From assembly GCA_951406725.2 (NCBI GenBank), contig OX597830.1:30628001-30692000 (forward strand): 64,000 bases of DNA. The letters run 5' to 3'. The position numbers and the translations under genes are program-made. Position 1 is the stretch's first letter, and each line of letters starts with the position of its first letter. Below the pieces are notes generated by a model, which was given only the letters and a program-made list of their open reading frames with translations, was not told where the DNA came from and ran no database searches. This document shows positions 26,776 through 41,544 of this stretch, piece by piece. This DNA comes from Octopus vulgaris (taxonomy: Eukaryota).

Positions 26776-27465
26776 GTGGGTGGGTGTGTATGCATGCCTG
26801 TGCATGTATGTGTGTATGTATTTATTAAGATGTATATGAGTGTGTATCTAGATATCTATTTATTTATGCATGCATCTATGTATACTCGTGTATATGCAAG
26901 TATGTATGAGTGTATGTATGTGTTTCTACATGCATCTAATTTGGCGCATGCGCTTTTGCTTATGTAAATATGTATACGTGTATAACATTTCATTTGATTC
27001 TCTCTGTGTTACTTTATGAAAATGTGCGATACATTGTCGCATATGTCACGGACAAATTTATTCAGACAGTCATAGGGTAAAGTACATACTGACCGCCATA
27101 TTTCCTGCACATTATATTGATTTTGAAAATGTGTGCATAAACACAAGGACAAACATACAAACAATTATATATCAAAGTATGTATATAATGCATGTACACA
27201 CACTAATGCAAGCATATATATATATATATATACATCATATATATATATACATCATTAAACAAAAGCATGCACACACAAGTCTGATAATCTCTCAACTTGA
27301 TGTACAATGAAACAAATATAATCCTATTATAAATAAAAAAAATATTATGCATGCTTCTGTGCATACGGATGTATATATAAACATACATGCATTCACACAC
27401 AAACTCATATATACTTATATATACATTTATATATATATATGCGTATATGCACAAACACATATATA

Positions 27466-27504
<39 letters not shown>

Positions 27505-27696
27505 GCATACACGTGTATATACGTACATATATCTGAGTGCACGTGTGTATAGGTAAGTATGCGTGTTTGCATACACCGGGGGTGCATAGAAAATCATATA
27601 TTCACACATATATGCTTATACATTCATTTCTTGTATATTGACACATACACACTCTCGGACACGTAGTCAAGTACGCATGCAATTATACACGATTCA

Positions 27697-27738
<42 letters not shown>

Positions 27739-28075
27739 CCAATGCAATTTGGCCATTTCGCGTATATCCATTCCTAAATTATGAACAGTCTTTCTATATA
27801 CCTTATGTTAATTTGTCTATAAGCATTTGTGTATGTATATGTTTATATGCACGTATGTCTACATATATATATACACACACACTCACATATATGCATCTGT
27901 GTACTAGCTTTTGGGTTTGTTCTTGAATATTCGTTCTTCGACTTCTCTTGTCATCAAATGAATGCATACAAATACGTGTACATACAGAGAAACAAACATA
28001 CACGCATACTCATACGTATAGGTGAGACTCTAATGAATGCATTGCATATATATATATATATATATATATGTAAAG

Positions 28076-28132
<57 letters not shown>

Positions 28133-28173
28133 TGCATGTATATGTGTGCGCGTGTGTCACTAGATGTAGATTT

Positions 28174-28221
<48 letters not shown>

Positions 28222-28664
28222 AGTCTTTACATGAGGTCATAATCTTTTTGATCCCTTCATAAACCCCTACCAACGACAACCGGAACAACAACAAAAGCAA
28301 ATAACAAAAATACCAAAGTACCAAAAGCAATACAAAAAAAAATAGAAAATCCCCCAAATGAAGAGACGATGAGGACACGGGGAGGCCAAGGAATAGAAAG
28401 AGACAGAGACAAAAAGAAACTTGATTAGAGAACAAGAGGGAGAGAGAGAGAGGAATGGTGTATATGATAGGAGAGTTAAAGAAATATAGACAAAGAAGTG
28501 TAGAGAAAGAAAGAGGGGATAACTTCGATAAAAGCTTCGTTTCGGCACAAAAGCATTTTTCAAATACCTTGTATTTCCCTCATTTCCCTTCGCTATTGTT
28601 TATACAGTGATTTCCAACGAACAATTACGCTTCTGGCTCCTACATTATATACGTACATACATGC

Positions 28665-28712
<48 letters not shown>

Positions 28713-28716
28713 GTAC

Positions 28717-28771
<55 letters not shown>

Positions 28772-28816
28772 CATAAATATATATATATTTGTATTTATAT
28801 GTATATCTATATCTAT

Positions 28817-28852
<36 letters not shown>

Positions 28853-29241
28853 ATATCTATATATCTATCTATCTATATATATATATGCACCTGCATGCAT
28901 GGATGTATATGCAATAGATGCATACATATATATATATATATATATGCGTATATATACGTGTGTGTGCGCGCGGATATATATATATACATATATAAAATGC
29001 ATTCATATACACATGTACGTTTATAAAAATGCACACGAATGTAGGCACATGTGCACACACACATACGTATATATATATATATATATACATATGCACGTGT
29101 GTGTACGTATATATGTATGTATATATATATTTATATATATATATACATGTATGTATATGTATGTATGTATGTATGTATATATATATATTTACGTATGTAC
29201 GTATATATTTATATGTGCGTGTGCGTGTATATATGTATGTG

Positions 29242-29287
<46 letters not shown>

Positions 29288-30239
29288 TAGCTAAGTAGGC
29301 TGGTAAGTAGGTAGGTAAATAGATGTATAGATATATGTTTGTGTATATAGTTTTGCAGGAATGTACGTATAGGAGGTGAATGTGAATATCGCTATATACG
29401 TGTAACTGTATGTATATATTTGCCAATACTTCTCTGCATGTGTTAATGTATGTGCATATGTGTGCATATATTTATTTGTGTGTATGTGTGTGGGTTATCA
29501 TGTATAGCTTTCACATGCTCAATAATTATATATTTCTTGTACAATATTTTTCTTTTTTCTTCCACCCTTCTTCCTCATACCCTATCTTCCCTCCCCCTTA
29601 ACCCACGCTCCTCTTCCTCCATCTCTTTCTCTATCTCTATTTGTTTTCTAATTATCTCGCTCTTGTCTACTTTATATCCCTCCATCGTTCTCAACCCCGT
29701 CTCAAATACGCTCTATCATAAATACGAACAATAACATAGACTTTAGAATGAGCGTACATACATACAAGAATTTCCGGACGTTTCCATATCCCCGCTCCGT
29801 TCTTTCGTCTCATATCGTTCTTCTCTTCCTCAACCCCTCTCTCACCACCCCTCTCTTTTTTTCTATTTTCTCCATTTTGCATCACTCCATTGTATCCAGG
29901 CTAAATGACCGTCAGCTTGCCTCCTAGCCGATCGCCTTCATGATGACAACCAGCGATCACTGCTCACTAAAATCCGTTCTGTGGCAGCCATCTTAGGCGT
30001 TAACTTTACATTTCAGGGATACTTAAATAATGAAAGATATTTGAATAAAGAACAAAATATCTTTTGTTTTATACTGGCATAAACCTCTTCTACATATACA
30101 CCCCTGATACATACGTGTGCATGTGTATGCATGAATGTTTGTACGTACCTTACGTACGAACGTACGAACGTACACACACACATATACAAACATACACATT
30201 GCAATAACGTATATGTGAAGGAGTATTTTGACAGAATAA

Positions 30240-30283
<44 letters not shown>

Positions 30284-30471
30284 TACATATATGTGTGTGT
30301 GTGTGTATAACAATATATTTATATAAGCATAATCATATATGTTAGTGCATAATTATACACATATAAATACATTCGTATGTAGATACACACACAAACACAC
30401 ACGTACATATATATATATAGTTAATCCAAACATAAAAACACAACAACGCTAGGACGTGGAACAAGTATATT

Positions 30472-30546
<75 letters not shown>

Positions 30547-30840
30547 AAACACATATATACGCACATACATGTGTGTATGCAGAAGAAGAGAGACAGACAG
30601 ACAGAAAAAAGAGAAAGAAAGACACAGAGTGACATAGAAAATTGTTAGATCTTCGAATGAGAAAAAAATATTCGATACATAAAATACGAATTAATAAATT
30701 TTACATAGTCAATGATTAACTTTCCACTTAGTAAGACGTTCGTCTGAGCGCAGATCTGAAACGGAATATTAAAAACAAAGTGGATACACCTAGTAGTCCA
30801 GGATCTCACAAAATAGTACTTGTCATTTGATTTGTTTCAG

Positions 30841-30932
<92 letters not shown>

Positions 30933-31348
30933 CTCGTTCCCCTTGTCTAGCTTTGTTGTTCTTACAGTTGACTAACAGAGAAGCGCTGCAAATATCCACT
31001 ATCAAGCCAAGCTGATGTTGGATAAAATAGAGCTTCTTTGAGAGGCAGAGTTTACAAGGATTTCTTTATTTGCAAAATATCCGTGCGTTATCTAACGCCT
31101 TCGATAAGATAACACTGGTCACTCGAATTCCAAATGTATACAGGATATGCTGAAATCTTGTGTCCATAGTAACTCATTCTGCTATCGTTACTTATGGAAG
31201 TGGCAACAGTAGAACGAACTATCATGCAGCTGCGAACGACTCTTGAAGGAGTATCCTGCAGATTCTATATACTGTTCATTCATTTTAATGCACAGACTTC
31301 AGGACTTCAGTCTATCATATGAATTTCATTACATTGTCTGGTAACATC

Positions 31349-31555
31349 CTTTCTACTATAAGAACAGGGCCTGGAATTTTGGGGGAGAGAACTAGTCGAT
31401 TATATCGACCCCAGTGTTTTACTGGTACTTAATTTATCGACCCCGAAATGATGAAGGGCAAAGTTGACCTCGATAGAATTTGATCTCGGAACGTAAAGAT
31501 GGGGAAAATGCCGCTGAGCATTTTGCCCAGCGTGCAAACGATTCAGGCAGCTCAC
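31349..31555 (-). mobile_element. SINE family B (alternative tail)
   Basis: Reverse complement of B core. Confidence 0.7.
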
Positions 31556-31955
31556 CGACTTACTTTGTCTGGTAATATAGTATCTGTGTATGTGTGTCTG
31601 CGTGTATTCATATACACATGTATGCAAGCAGAGCCTATGTGAAGGGGTTTCAGTCGAGGTTTGGGTAACCAAGGAGGGGCTGTCTGATTTTTTTTTTTAT
31701 AGAGAAAACAAGAGGCCCTGTTTCTTTACGATATGGAGCTCAAAAGTGACCTCCATCCGACTTTTAAGCTTTGAAAGACATCTGTAGATTAATAGTGCGG
31801 TGACACTTTTGCGCTTGTGAGATTTTGTGTAATATTGAATTTATTAGATGTTATTGCCGTTATGTGTATACATGTGTGTGCTCATTTACATAAATACATA
31901 CATTCATATACATATACATACACATATATGAACATAAATTTATTCGGACACAATA

Positions 31956-32173
31956 CGAGGGGGTGCTGGAAAGTTCTTGGTTTTGGGTAAAAGAATATAC
32001 AGGAGGATCAATTAATTATGATTTTATCCGACATATTCCGCTCTCAGATTCATATACTTATTGCAGCGGTCTTTCAGTTTTCCTAAGCCCTATAAAAGAA
32101 CTCGGGAAGTTGGGGCTTCCGACCACCGATTTTGCGATACCCGTAAAACCATGAACTTTTCAGCGTTACCTAG
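31956..32173. mobile_element. Mariner-type MITE (about 220 bp)
   Basis: TA flanks; imperfect TIRs CGAGGGGGTGCTGGAAAGTTCTTGGTTTT / AAAACCATGAACTTTTCAGCGTTACCTAG. Confidence 0.65.
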
Positions 32174-32196
32174 TATATAAATATGTGTGACTGTGA

Positions 32197-32240
<44 letters not shown>

Positions 32241-32447
32241 TAAAAGTGCGGAAGATTAGTACATGTCTCTTCAAAATCATTATAGCTTATTTGTGTTTAA
32301 TGACTGATAGTATACAGACAAAAGCTGCTTTTGTCTCCTCACTCATCAACACGATTCCTTTATAGGCAAATAGATGTACGCATATATACATGCGTGTGTG
32401 TGTATGCATGTGTATACATTCATACATTCATGTGCGTAGATATTTAC

Positions 32448-32494
<47 letters not shown>

Positions 32495-32538
32495 CGTGTA
32501 TACATATATACTTATATATATGTACATATATATATATG

Positions 32539-32600
<62 letters not shown>

Positions 32601-32605
32601 CATAC

Positions 32606-32760
<155 letters not shown>

Positions 32761-33184
32761 AGCCTACATGTTCACGCATGTCCGTGTTTGCGATTGTTTA
32801 CTATTCTTAAAAATGGAGAAAAACATTATTAATATATTAATGATATTATCATGCATTATTAAAATTGCCATTGTATGTCAATACGAACAGACGTCTCTGT
32901 CAGAGCTCTGCAAGGATATATATTTTATGTGATGTTTACTTTTCATTTTTTATTTGTTAAATTGTACTATTAAAACCATTTTGGTGTTTTTGAGGTTTCA
33001 TCCCTTTACCTGGGTCAATGAAGGGATTTCTTTTTAACAATTTGAATGTTTTATCGCAGTGTCACACAGTCAGACTGTCGGATGTTGTTATACACCGCTG
33101 GTCACAATGTGCTTATTCAGATATTTGTAGCTTCCGACGGATGTCACCCAGCTGGTTAAGTGTGCAGGTTTATTGCGTATATAG

Positions 33185-33600
33185 GAGCACTCCGTCGGTT
33201 ACGACGACGAGGGTCCCAGCTGATACGATCAACGGAACAGCTTGCTCGTAAAATTAACGTGCAAGTAGCCGAGCATTCCACAGACACGTGAAATAAAGTG
33301 TCTTGCTCAAGGACACAACGTGCCGCCGGGAATTGAACTCACGACCTTACGATCATGAACCGAATGCCCCTAACCACTAAGCTACGCGCCTTCATTGCGT
33401 ATATAAGACCGAGATCATGATATAAGTCTTAAACGGAACACTAATCCGTCGCAGAGTAACTCATTTACAGCCGAGTGGACTGGGGTAACGTGAAACGATG
33501 TGTCTTTTCTCAAGAATACAACGCACCATCCGTTTCAGGAATCGAAACTACGATGGCAAGATTGTAGGTGTAATATTCTAACCCCAGGGCCATCCGCGTC
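33185..33600 (-). mobile_element. Two SINE family C fragments
   Basis: GTGAAATAAAGTGTCTTGCTCAAGGACACAACG and GAATTGAACTC..TAACCACTAAGCTA (33185-33393); second degenerate head 33445-33600. Confidence 0.7.
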
Positions 33601-33892
33601 AAGATAAATAACTGTAATATTTACACACGGTGCAAAATGACACTCAGAATTAGTAGAAATCAGTTCACGCCACATTTGTGGTTGCAGTTGTCTCAATATT
33701 ATATACACACCTTCCAATTATATTTCAGACAATTAAAAAACAAGCCGTATTGAAAATTATACAGGTGGTAAAAAACCAAAAAACCTACACACGGAATTTC
33801 AAGCTCATGCGATTATCCAATGGAAGGCATAAAAACATCAATTAATGTTTGAAATATTAATTTCATTGGAAACACATAGTACAACCTAAATC

Positions 33893-33992
<100 letters not shown>

Positions 33993-34060
33993 ACGTTTCG
34001 AACGTTGGCAGACGCTCAATACTTTCTACCTGTGCGGCAAAAGGTTCGATAGAAATTCTC

Positions 34061-34595
34061 TTGGGTTGTCCGGAAAGTTCGTGCCGATTTATAGCAGCTT
34101 ACCTTTCGACTTATTTCAGAACATGGTTGAGTTCACAAAATAGGATTTGACTACACCTCCATTTAGAGCGCAGTTTAAGCTATCTTTTCGTGGAAGAAGG
34201 TTTATATTTCTATAACCGGCCTTAATTCTGTAACCCTTTAAAATGGAAGATAAGAAAGTTAATTTTCGGCACTTGATGCTTTTCTTTTTCCGTATAGAGA
34301 AAAATGCCTCACAAGCAACCAAAGAAATATGCGTAGTTTACGGTGATGTTTCTTTATCCGAAAGAACTTACGGAAGTAGTTCGCAAGGTTCCGAGCTGGA
34401 AATTGTAGCCGTGTTGATAAAAAGCGATCAGGCAGACCATCCACTACAGATGATGACCAAATGAAGTCATTAATTGAGAATAACCCACATTGCACAACAC
34501 GAGAATTGGCAGAAAGCCTCAGCCTATCAAAATCTGTCGTTCATGAGCACCTGGTAAAGCTTTAAAAATCGGCACGAACTTTCCGGACAACCCAA
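34061..34595 (+). mobile_element. Mariner internal-deletion derivative with perfect 30-bp TIRs
   Basis: TTGGGTTGTCCGGAAAGTTCGTGCCGATTT at both ends, TA on right; truncated transposase N-terminus MEDKKVNFRHLMLFFF..NASQATKEICVVYG..RSGRPSTTDDDQMKSLIENNPHCTTRELAE. Confidence 0.92.
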
Positions 34596-34639
34596 TACTT
34601 TCGCGTCCTATAGTAGAAGAAAGGTGGCAAGATGACGTT

Positions 34640-35240
34640 GTTGGAGAAACTCTGGGTGTCAATGAAAATCAACTAGTTGACCTGCTCTGGAATACTTACA
34701 TCCAGGGCCCATGGATAATTTTCTGAGATCATTGACCTGGAAATGCTACCGGATGCATTGTTGATTTGGGACAAACTCTATAGGCAAAGATAATGCCTGA
34801 TTATACTAGCAATTGAGACTTTCCGCAATGTGTGTAGAGCGACGAAAATGTCCTGCGCGTACCCCTCCAGTGCTTGAATGTTACTGACTTAGGGGTATAT
34901 GTCGAATGACTAGCGTCATGTGTAGGATGGAGCTGGCTAACAGCTGATTCCATTGTGAAGACTGCTCTAACTCTGTATTCCTTTGGCCTGGAATGGCAGG
35001 CAGTCTTTATCCGTCTGGTTACCATGATGAAAGAGATTGTGTAGTGGTAGTGGGCCAAGTTGAAAGGGCTCATGACAGATACTTTCCTGTTTGGTCTGAC
35101 CCTCGTCAACTTTCTAAGATTTTACTTCAGAAAAGTAACAGGGGATACAGATGGAAGTTGTTGCATTGTAGCAAATTTGTTGAAAGATGTGTGAAAGTGG
35201 GGAACCAGGTTCGAGTAAATGCACCTGATCTACGCATACG
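34640..35240 (+). mobile_element. L1/Tx1 ORF2 C-terminal (zf-RVT region) remnant
   Basis: FLRSLTWKCYR / DALLIWDKLYRQR / FPQCV*SDENVLRVPLQC; frameshifted. Confidence 0.55.
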
Positions 35241-35265
35241 GTTTTAGATTGGTGACGTACAGACT

Positions 35266-35435
35266 GCTTAGTGGCATTTCGTTCGTCTTTACGTTCTGAG
35301 TTCAAATTCTGCCAAAGTCGATTTTGGCTTCCCTCCTTTCGAGGTCGATGGAATAACCACCAGTTAAACACTGGGGTCGATGTAATCGTCTTACTTCCCC
35401 TCTAACCGCTGGCCTTGTGCTAAAATTTGAAACCA
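35266..35435 (+). mobile_element. SINE family B (alternative tail)
   Basis: B core and GGCCTTGTGC tail. Confidence 0.7.
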
Positions 35436-35599
35436 ATGTTTGTTTTTTTGGGGGGTTTTTTTCGTTCGTCTGTCGATATATATTGCACATATCTCCCTTA
35501 ATTTTGTTATTATTTCTGTTATTATACAAAGTTATATAGTAAACATTTGCTACCATTTTATAGATAAACTAACCAGAACCTTAGTGAACTGGTTAGTTA

Positions 35600-35913
35600 A
35601 GATGAAGATATCAGAGGCACCACCAGAAGTGGATATCTCTTTGCTAGTGACAGCCGTATTATACGGAACAGAGAATAAAACAATAATTCCACAAGTGCCC
35701 AAAATGGGAAAGAAAAATTGGTCAGGCATGGGAATGGAATTATTGATACAGACTGATGAGGCAGTATCGAAGCTATCCTTGAACTGATAAACCTTCCAAA
35801 GGGTGTACAGCTATTTGTTGCAGTTGAGGGCAGAAAGACGAGATGCCACATGTGTAGCGGGACAAACCACATGCAGGCTTTCTGCTCCATGCAAAGAAAG
35901 GAGAAAAAGTATG

Positions 35914-35944
<31 letters not shown>

Positions 35945-36330
35945 AGATATCTCCAACACAACAGCAATAAAAACAGCAGGAACACCAACAACAGCAACAC
36001 CAACTGCATCTGTGCCAAGAACAGCAGCATCCGAAGCAAGAACAATATCAACAGAAGATGCAGCAGAGCACAGGTACAACATCCAAGGGAAAACAATAAC
36101 ATAACCTTCACGATCACAACTTAAAGTAGCCTCATCCACACCAGTCTTAGAAATGCGCAACTGCGCAGACATAACTCTCCTCCGCTTGTCACAGATTTAT
36201 CCGAATGTGAAAACACGTCTGGCGAGGAAAATAGTTTGAGAAAACCACCAGAATGGATCCTGGTGAAAAGTAAAAGAAAAATTACAAAATATAAAGCACG
36301 GTACATGACTAAAAAGGAAGAGATTAAGAG
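35600..36330 (+). mobile_element. L1/Tx1-like ORF1 remnant with intact CCHC zinc knuckle
   Basis: VAVEGRKTR-CHMCSGTNHMQAFC (35844-35885, CX2CX4HX4C) followed by low-complexity Thr/Ala tract. Confidence 0.7.
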
Positions 36331-36406
36331 TGAGGGACACAGAAACTAACAAGCTATCACAAACCCACAAACTCTTAACTTAATAATAATAATAATAAGA
36401 AGAAGA

Positions 36407-36461
<55 letters not shown>

Positions 36462-36462
<1 letters not shown>

Positions 36463-36603
36463 GAGTTCAAATTCCACCGAGGTCGACTTTGCCTTTCATC
36501 CTTTCGGGTTCGATAAATTAAGTACCAGTGAAACACTGAAATCGATATAATCGAGTAGTCTCCTCCCCAAAAATTTCAGGTCTTCTACCTTTAGTAGAAG
36601 GGA

Positions 36604-36605
<2 letters not shown>
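36462..36605 (+). mobile_element. 5'-truncated SINE B inside (ATT)n
   Basis: Starts at B box; (ATT)n on both sides. Confidence 0.75.
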
Positions 36606-36667
<62 letters not shown>

Positions 36668-36670
36668 CAT

Positions 36671-37226
36671 TGAGTGAGAGAGCAGTGCATGCCATCAAAG
36701 TGACACTGGAGTAAAATATACGAAGCCCAGTATACTCATCATGACTACCCGTCTGCTAAGGGTACACCATGCACATGCATCACAACCATATGTGCGCGAC
36801 ATGGTGATCTCATAACAAGATAAACAGCGCATGACCTTGCGGGTGGGGCCCAGTTAGAATTTTTTTCTGGTTGGGTAACCCATCCCACTCAAAAGGTCCC
36901 TGATTAAGGATTGTTTAAGGATGTTGAATGAAACACCCATGTTTCCAGAGGTGAATCATTCAAACCCCAAATAATCCCTCTCAACACATGGCTATGATGC
37001 TCCCCAACTATTTCTGCTCGTGATCAGAGATGCACATATCGTCAGCCATTGGGGGACATGGTCAACTTGTTAAGGTCAAACAACTGACAAGCAAATCTGT
37101 GTTATTGAGCAGAATATTTGCTGTAGCCCATCTTTTATACCAAGACAAAACATGTACATGATAACACTTCCAATCAGTTAAGATCAGAAGCCATGAGAGC
37201 CGCTGCCTGGTACTGCATCAGGGCAT
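36671..37226. mobile_element. Unclassified island of about 555 bp between (ATT)n and (CAT)n, probably a retroelement end
   Basis: Sharp microsatellite borders, higher GC; single copy here. Confidence 0.35.
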
Positions 37227-37278
37227 TTTTTATCATCATCATCCTCATCATCATCATCATCATCATCATCACCATCAT

Positions 37279-37309
<31 letters not shown>

Positions 37310-37324
37310 GTCATCATCGTCATC

Positions 37325-37522
37325 GTTAGCGCGCCGGGCAAAATGCTTAGCCGCATTTCGTCTGCCTTGTCGTTCAGATTTCAAATTCCGCTGAGGTCGA
37401 CTTTGCTTTTCATCCTTTTGGTATCGACAGAATAAGTACCAGTTGAGTATTGGGGTCGATGAAATAGACTTACCCCTGCTCCCTCCAAATTTCAGGTCAC
37501 GTGCCTATAGTAGAAAGGATTG
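37325..37522 (+). mobile_element. SINE family B (alternative tail)
   Basis: Head CGTTAGCGCGCCGGGCAAAATGC and B core. Confidence 0.75.
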
Positions 37523-37584
37523 TCATTATCATCATCATCATCACCATTATTATTATTATTATCATTATTATTATTATTATTATA

Positions 37585-37617
<33 letters not shown>

Positions 37618-37619
37618 GC

Positions 37620-37685
<66 letters not shown>

Positions 37686-38158
37686 CATTATTATTTCATA
37701 CTGAATTTTTAAGAAAAAAAAATTAGAAACAAGGAACATATTCAGAAAATAGTCTATTTAAATAGAATAATTATCCTCGAATCATTGTCAGTCTGTTCCT
37801 GCTGTGAAACTACATTAGACAACTGTGAACGAGACTTTCTGGTGTTCTTCGTATATTGTTTCTCACTCTGTGTTTGCTCTTTTAATTTTCAGCTTGCTGG
37901 TGAATTGTAAAAACCAAATCCTTGAATGCCACCGATTTATTATTATTTTTTTTTCTTCTTAATCACATCGCGTTATGTCCTACATACTCCTTGAGTAGCA
38001 AAATAACATACTTGTATACACAAAACGAACATGCGTATACACACACATATACACACATATTCACTCATAGAAGTATAAGCATGCACACACACACTCCACT
38101 CATGTTCACACACCTACACACAATTCGTATTCAAATACGACTACCCGCATTTACAAAT

Positions 38159-38206
<48 letters not shown>

Positions 38207-38358
38207 TTGTTTGTGTGTGTATGTGCGTGTGTGTGTGTGTGTGTGTGTGTTTATGTGTGTGGGGGGGTGTATGAGTGTGGAGGGGCGGTAAGAGAAAAAA
38301 CGTGCGAAAACTTTGAATTCTATTCACGAAAATGGCACAAACACAATCATTGAAATTA

Positions 38359-38425
<67 letters not shown>

Positions 38426-38430
38426 CATAC

Positions 38431-38469
<39 letters not shown>

Positions 38470-38477
38470 TATATACA

Positions 38478-38547
<70 letters not shown>

Positions 38548-38997
38548 GATGAACATACATACGTATAAATGGGTCTTGGGGACCGATATGAGCTTGTGTT
38601 AGCGTGCAGGTTTTTTGTATAAATGTTTATAGTCTATATGACATTAGACCCGCACAAAAACATACGTTTGTGGTGTAAATGAGGAAGTAAACACTGGTAA
38701 ATGAAAATATATTACGAAATTTAGCTCCTGTTTATATAACTATGCGTATCGTTTCACATACCTATATGGTGGTATATTCAAATGTTTATGCTCATATGTG
38801 AGATTTGTATTGCTTTGTTTCTTGTTGTTTTTTCGTCTAAATATTGTTTTTACACGATTTACGTGTTTTACACCTCTCGTCGTTATCGTCTTCATCGTTT
38901 TTTTTTTTTGTTGTTGCTGTTTTTGTTATTGGTTGTTGTTTCTTCTTTGAGACCAGATCGTCTATAACCAATAGATCTATGATCAAAGACGTTCGAA

Positions 38998-39330
38998 TTC
39001 TTTTCTACTCTAGGTGCAAGGCTCCGAAATTTGGTGGGAGGGCGCCAGTCAATTAAATCTACCTCGGTACGCAATTGGTACTTAATTTATCGACCCAGAA
39101 AGGATGAAAGGCAAAGTCGACCTCGGTGGAATTTGAACTCAGAACGTAACGGTAGCGGTATTTCGTCTGCTGTTTACGTTCTGAGTTCAAATTCCGCCGA
39201 GGTCAACTTTGCCTTTCATCCTTTCGGGGTCGATAGATTAAGAACCAGTTGCATTCTGGAATCGATCTGATCGAGTGCCCCCCGCCTCCCGAAAAATTTC
39301 GGGCCTTGTGCCTTGAGTAGAAAAGAATAT
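38998..39330. mobile_element. Back-to-back inverted pair of 5'-truncated SINE B
   Basis: Minus copy 38998-39152 fused to plus copy 39153-39330; tails point outward. Confidence 0.8.
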
Positions 39331-39549
39331 TCGAAATTTTGTTGTTATACTTTTCTTTATCATGAGTTCAATACCTGCCGAAATCAACTCCACAAGCCTT
39401 CGACTGCATTCCATTCTTCTCAGTTCAGGAAAACCAAAAAGCACCAGACAAATATTGCAGGCGATTTTACCGACTATATCATTTGCGTCACACCAAATTC
39501 TTGGTCTTCAGTCAATGTAAAAAAAAGTAATTATTATTTGGAAAGATTG

Positions 39550-39760
39550 TGGCGAGATTGTGGAATCGTTAGCACACCGGGCAAAATGCTTAGCGGCTTT
39601 TCGTCTGTCTATATGTTCTGAGTTCAAATTCCACCAAGGTTAACTTTACCTTTCATCCCTTCGGGATCGATAAAATAAGTACCAGTTAAATATTGGGTTT
39701 GATATAATTGATTCACACCTTCCTCGAAATTGCTGGCCTTGTGCCAATATTTGAATCCAT
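39550..39760 (+). mobile_element. SINE family B (alternative tail)
   Basis: Full head and core. Confidence 0.75.
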
Positions 39761-39954
39761 TATTATTTGAAAAGGTTGATAGTTATACAAAAATTTACAT
39801 CAGTTCAAATATATTTGGAACATATTTAGCCTGTGCAAAGGAGGTATTCCCCGTTGTTTGCCGTTGACAACATTTCTTGCTGTAGGCAAGGATTTAAAGG
39901 CACTCACTTCCGGACCGGTGAATGCATTTCTTACTTTTCTTTTCTTTTCTGCCT

Positions 39955-40270
39955 TTAACCCTCCAACGCGGAGTATAGGCCACTTATAATTGAATTCCAT
40001 GTCACGTAAGTTTTCGCTTCTGTACTTATACTCTGTAGTTCCTTTAGTGTTGAACTACGCCACGAGTTCTTAGGCCAACCTCTCCATCTATATCCATCCG
40101 GTTTCCACTGTAAAGCACTTTTCGCTACATTTGGTGTGTCGTTTCTAATTGTGCTACCAATCCACTTCCACTTTTTCTTAAATATTTGCTCCCTAATCGA
40201 AACTTGATTTGTTCTTTGCCATAGCTCCATATTGCTTATGTGTTCGGGCCATCTAATTTTCTTACTGCTC
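39955..40270 (-). mobile_element. RTE-clade LINE 3' end
   Basis: ELWQRTNQVSIREQIFKKKWKWIGSTIR..ALQWKPDGYRWRGWPKNSWR, typical RTE C-terminus. Confidence 0.85.
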
Positions 40271-41214
40271 TGCTGTGAATGAAAGTGTGTACCGCAAGAA
40301 AGACAATTCTGAAAGGCCTATCGGAAACCTTTGTCCTAATATAAATCAGTATTAAAACATCAGCTGATGCATATAGTTATTGTTCATTCTTTCGATTTCT
40401 ACTAATATCCAGTCGTTCTCCTTTGCTAAGTTTTTATTTAAAGAAAGAAAAAGGACAACATAAAAAGAACAAAAGCTGTAATCGACCTGGATTTTAAAAC
40501 TTAAAATGCGAGTAATATATTGACAAAAATTTGTTTAATATAGCGCTTCGCGTATTCCTAGCAGGTGGTTGTGAAAGTAAAAATAAGCAATTTAATTGCT
40601 ATGCAAATAAACCAGTAAATTGAAACATATTCCATACAATTAAACTAATTGATTTCTTCAGGTCTGGGCTACAACGGTAATTTTTTTTTTTTTTTTTTTT
40701 TTTTAATATTTAAGAGTAAGAATGAGAAGAAGTATGACTTTCATGATTTTTCCAAGAGATTTTAGTACCTTTGCCAAGACGAGGTTGCAATCAGCGGGAA
40801 ATGAAAATGAATCGGTTTCGGGTTTTTCAAGAAAATTCTTGATCAACAATTTCTTTGTGTGTGTGTCCGTGTCTGTGTCTGTGCTTGTGTATGCGTGCGC
40901 GCGTGCGTTCATGCATGCGTGCCTGTGTATGTGTGTGTCTATGTGTGCGCATGCGTGTTAAATCCTGTATTTGTGATATAATGTATGTATATATGTGTGT
41001 TTATTTTTAAATATATACCTATATACGTACATATAAACATATTGATGACGCATATATATATATATATATATATGAATATAGGCCACAATGCGGACTACTC
41101 AAAATAACGAATATGGAATAAAAATATACGCCTTTTCAAAATCTTTGATTCATATACCTATTTCTCTCAGCAAGCCATTTGCAATTTGCACGTATACATA
41201 CATATACATATAAT

Positions 41215-41280
<66 letters not shown>

Positions 41281-41284
<4 letters not shown>

Positions 41285-41504
41285 TACATTAATTACATTC
41301 CAGGGATATTTGTCCTGATCTTGTTTGTTGTTAACACAACGTTTCGGCTGATATATCCTCCAGCCTTCTTCGGGTGTCATGGGGAAATTTCGAACCTGGG
41401 TTCTCATTCCTAAGGTATTTTTCGATGTTATTGTTGTTGTTATTGTTGTTGTTCAGGTCACTGCATGGAATCGAACTCGGAATCCTGGGATTAGTAGCCT
41501 GAAC

Positions 41505-41544
<40 letters not shown>

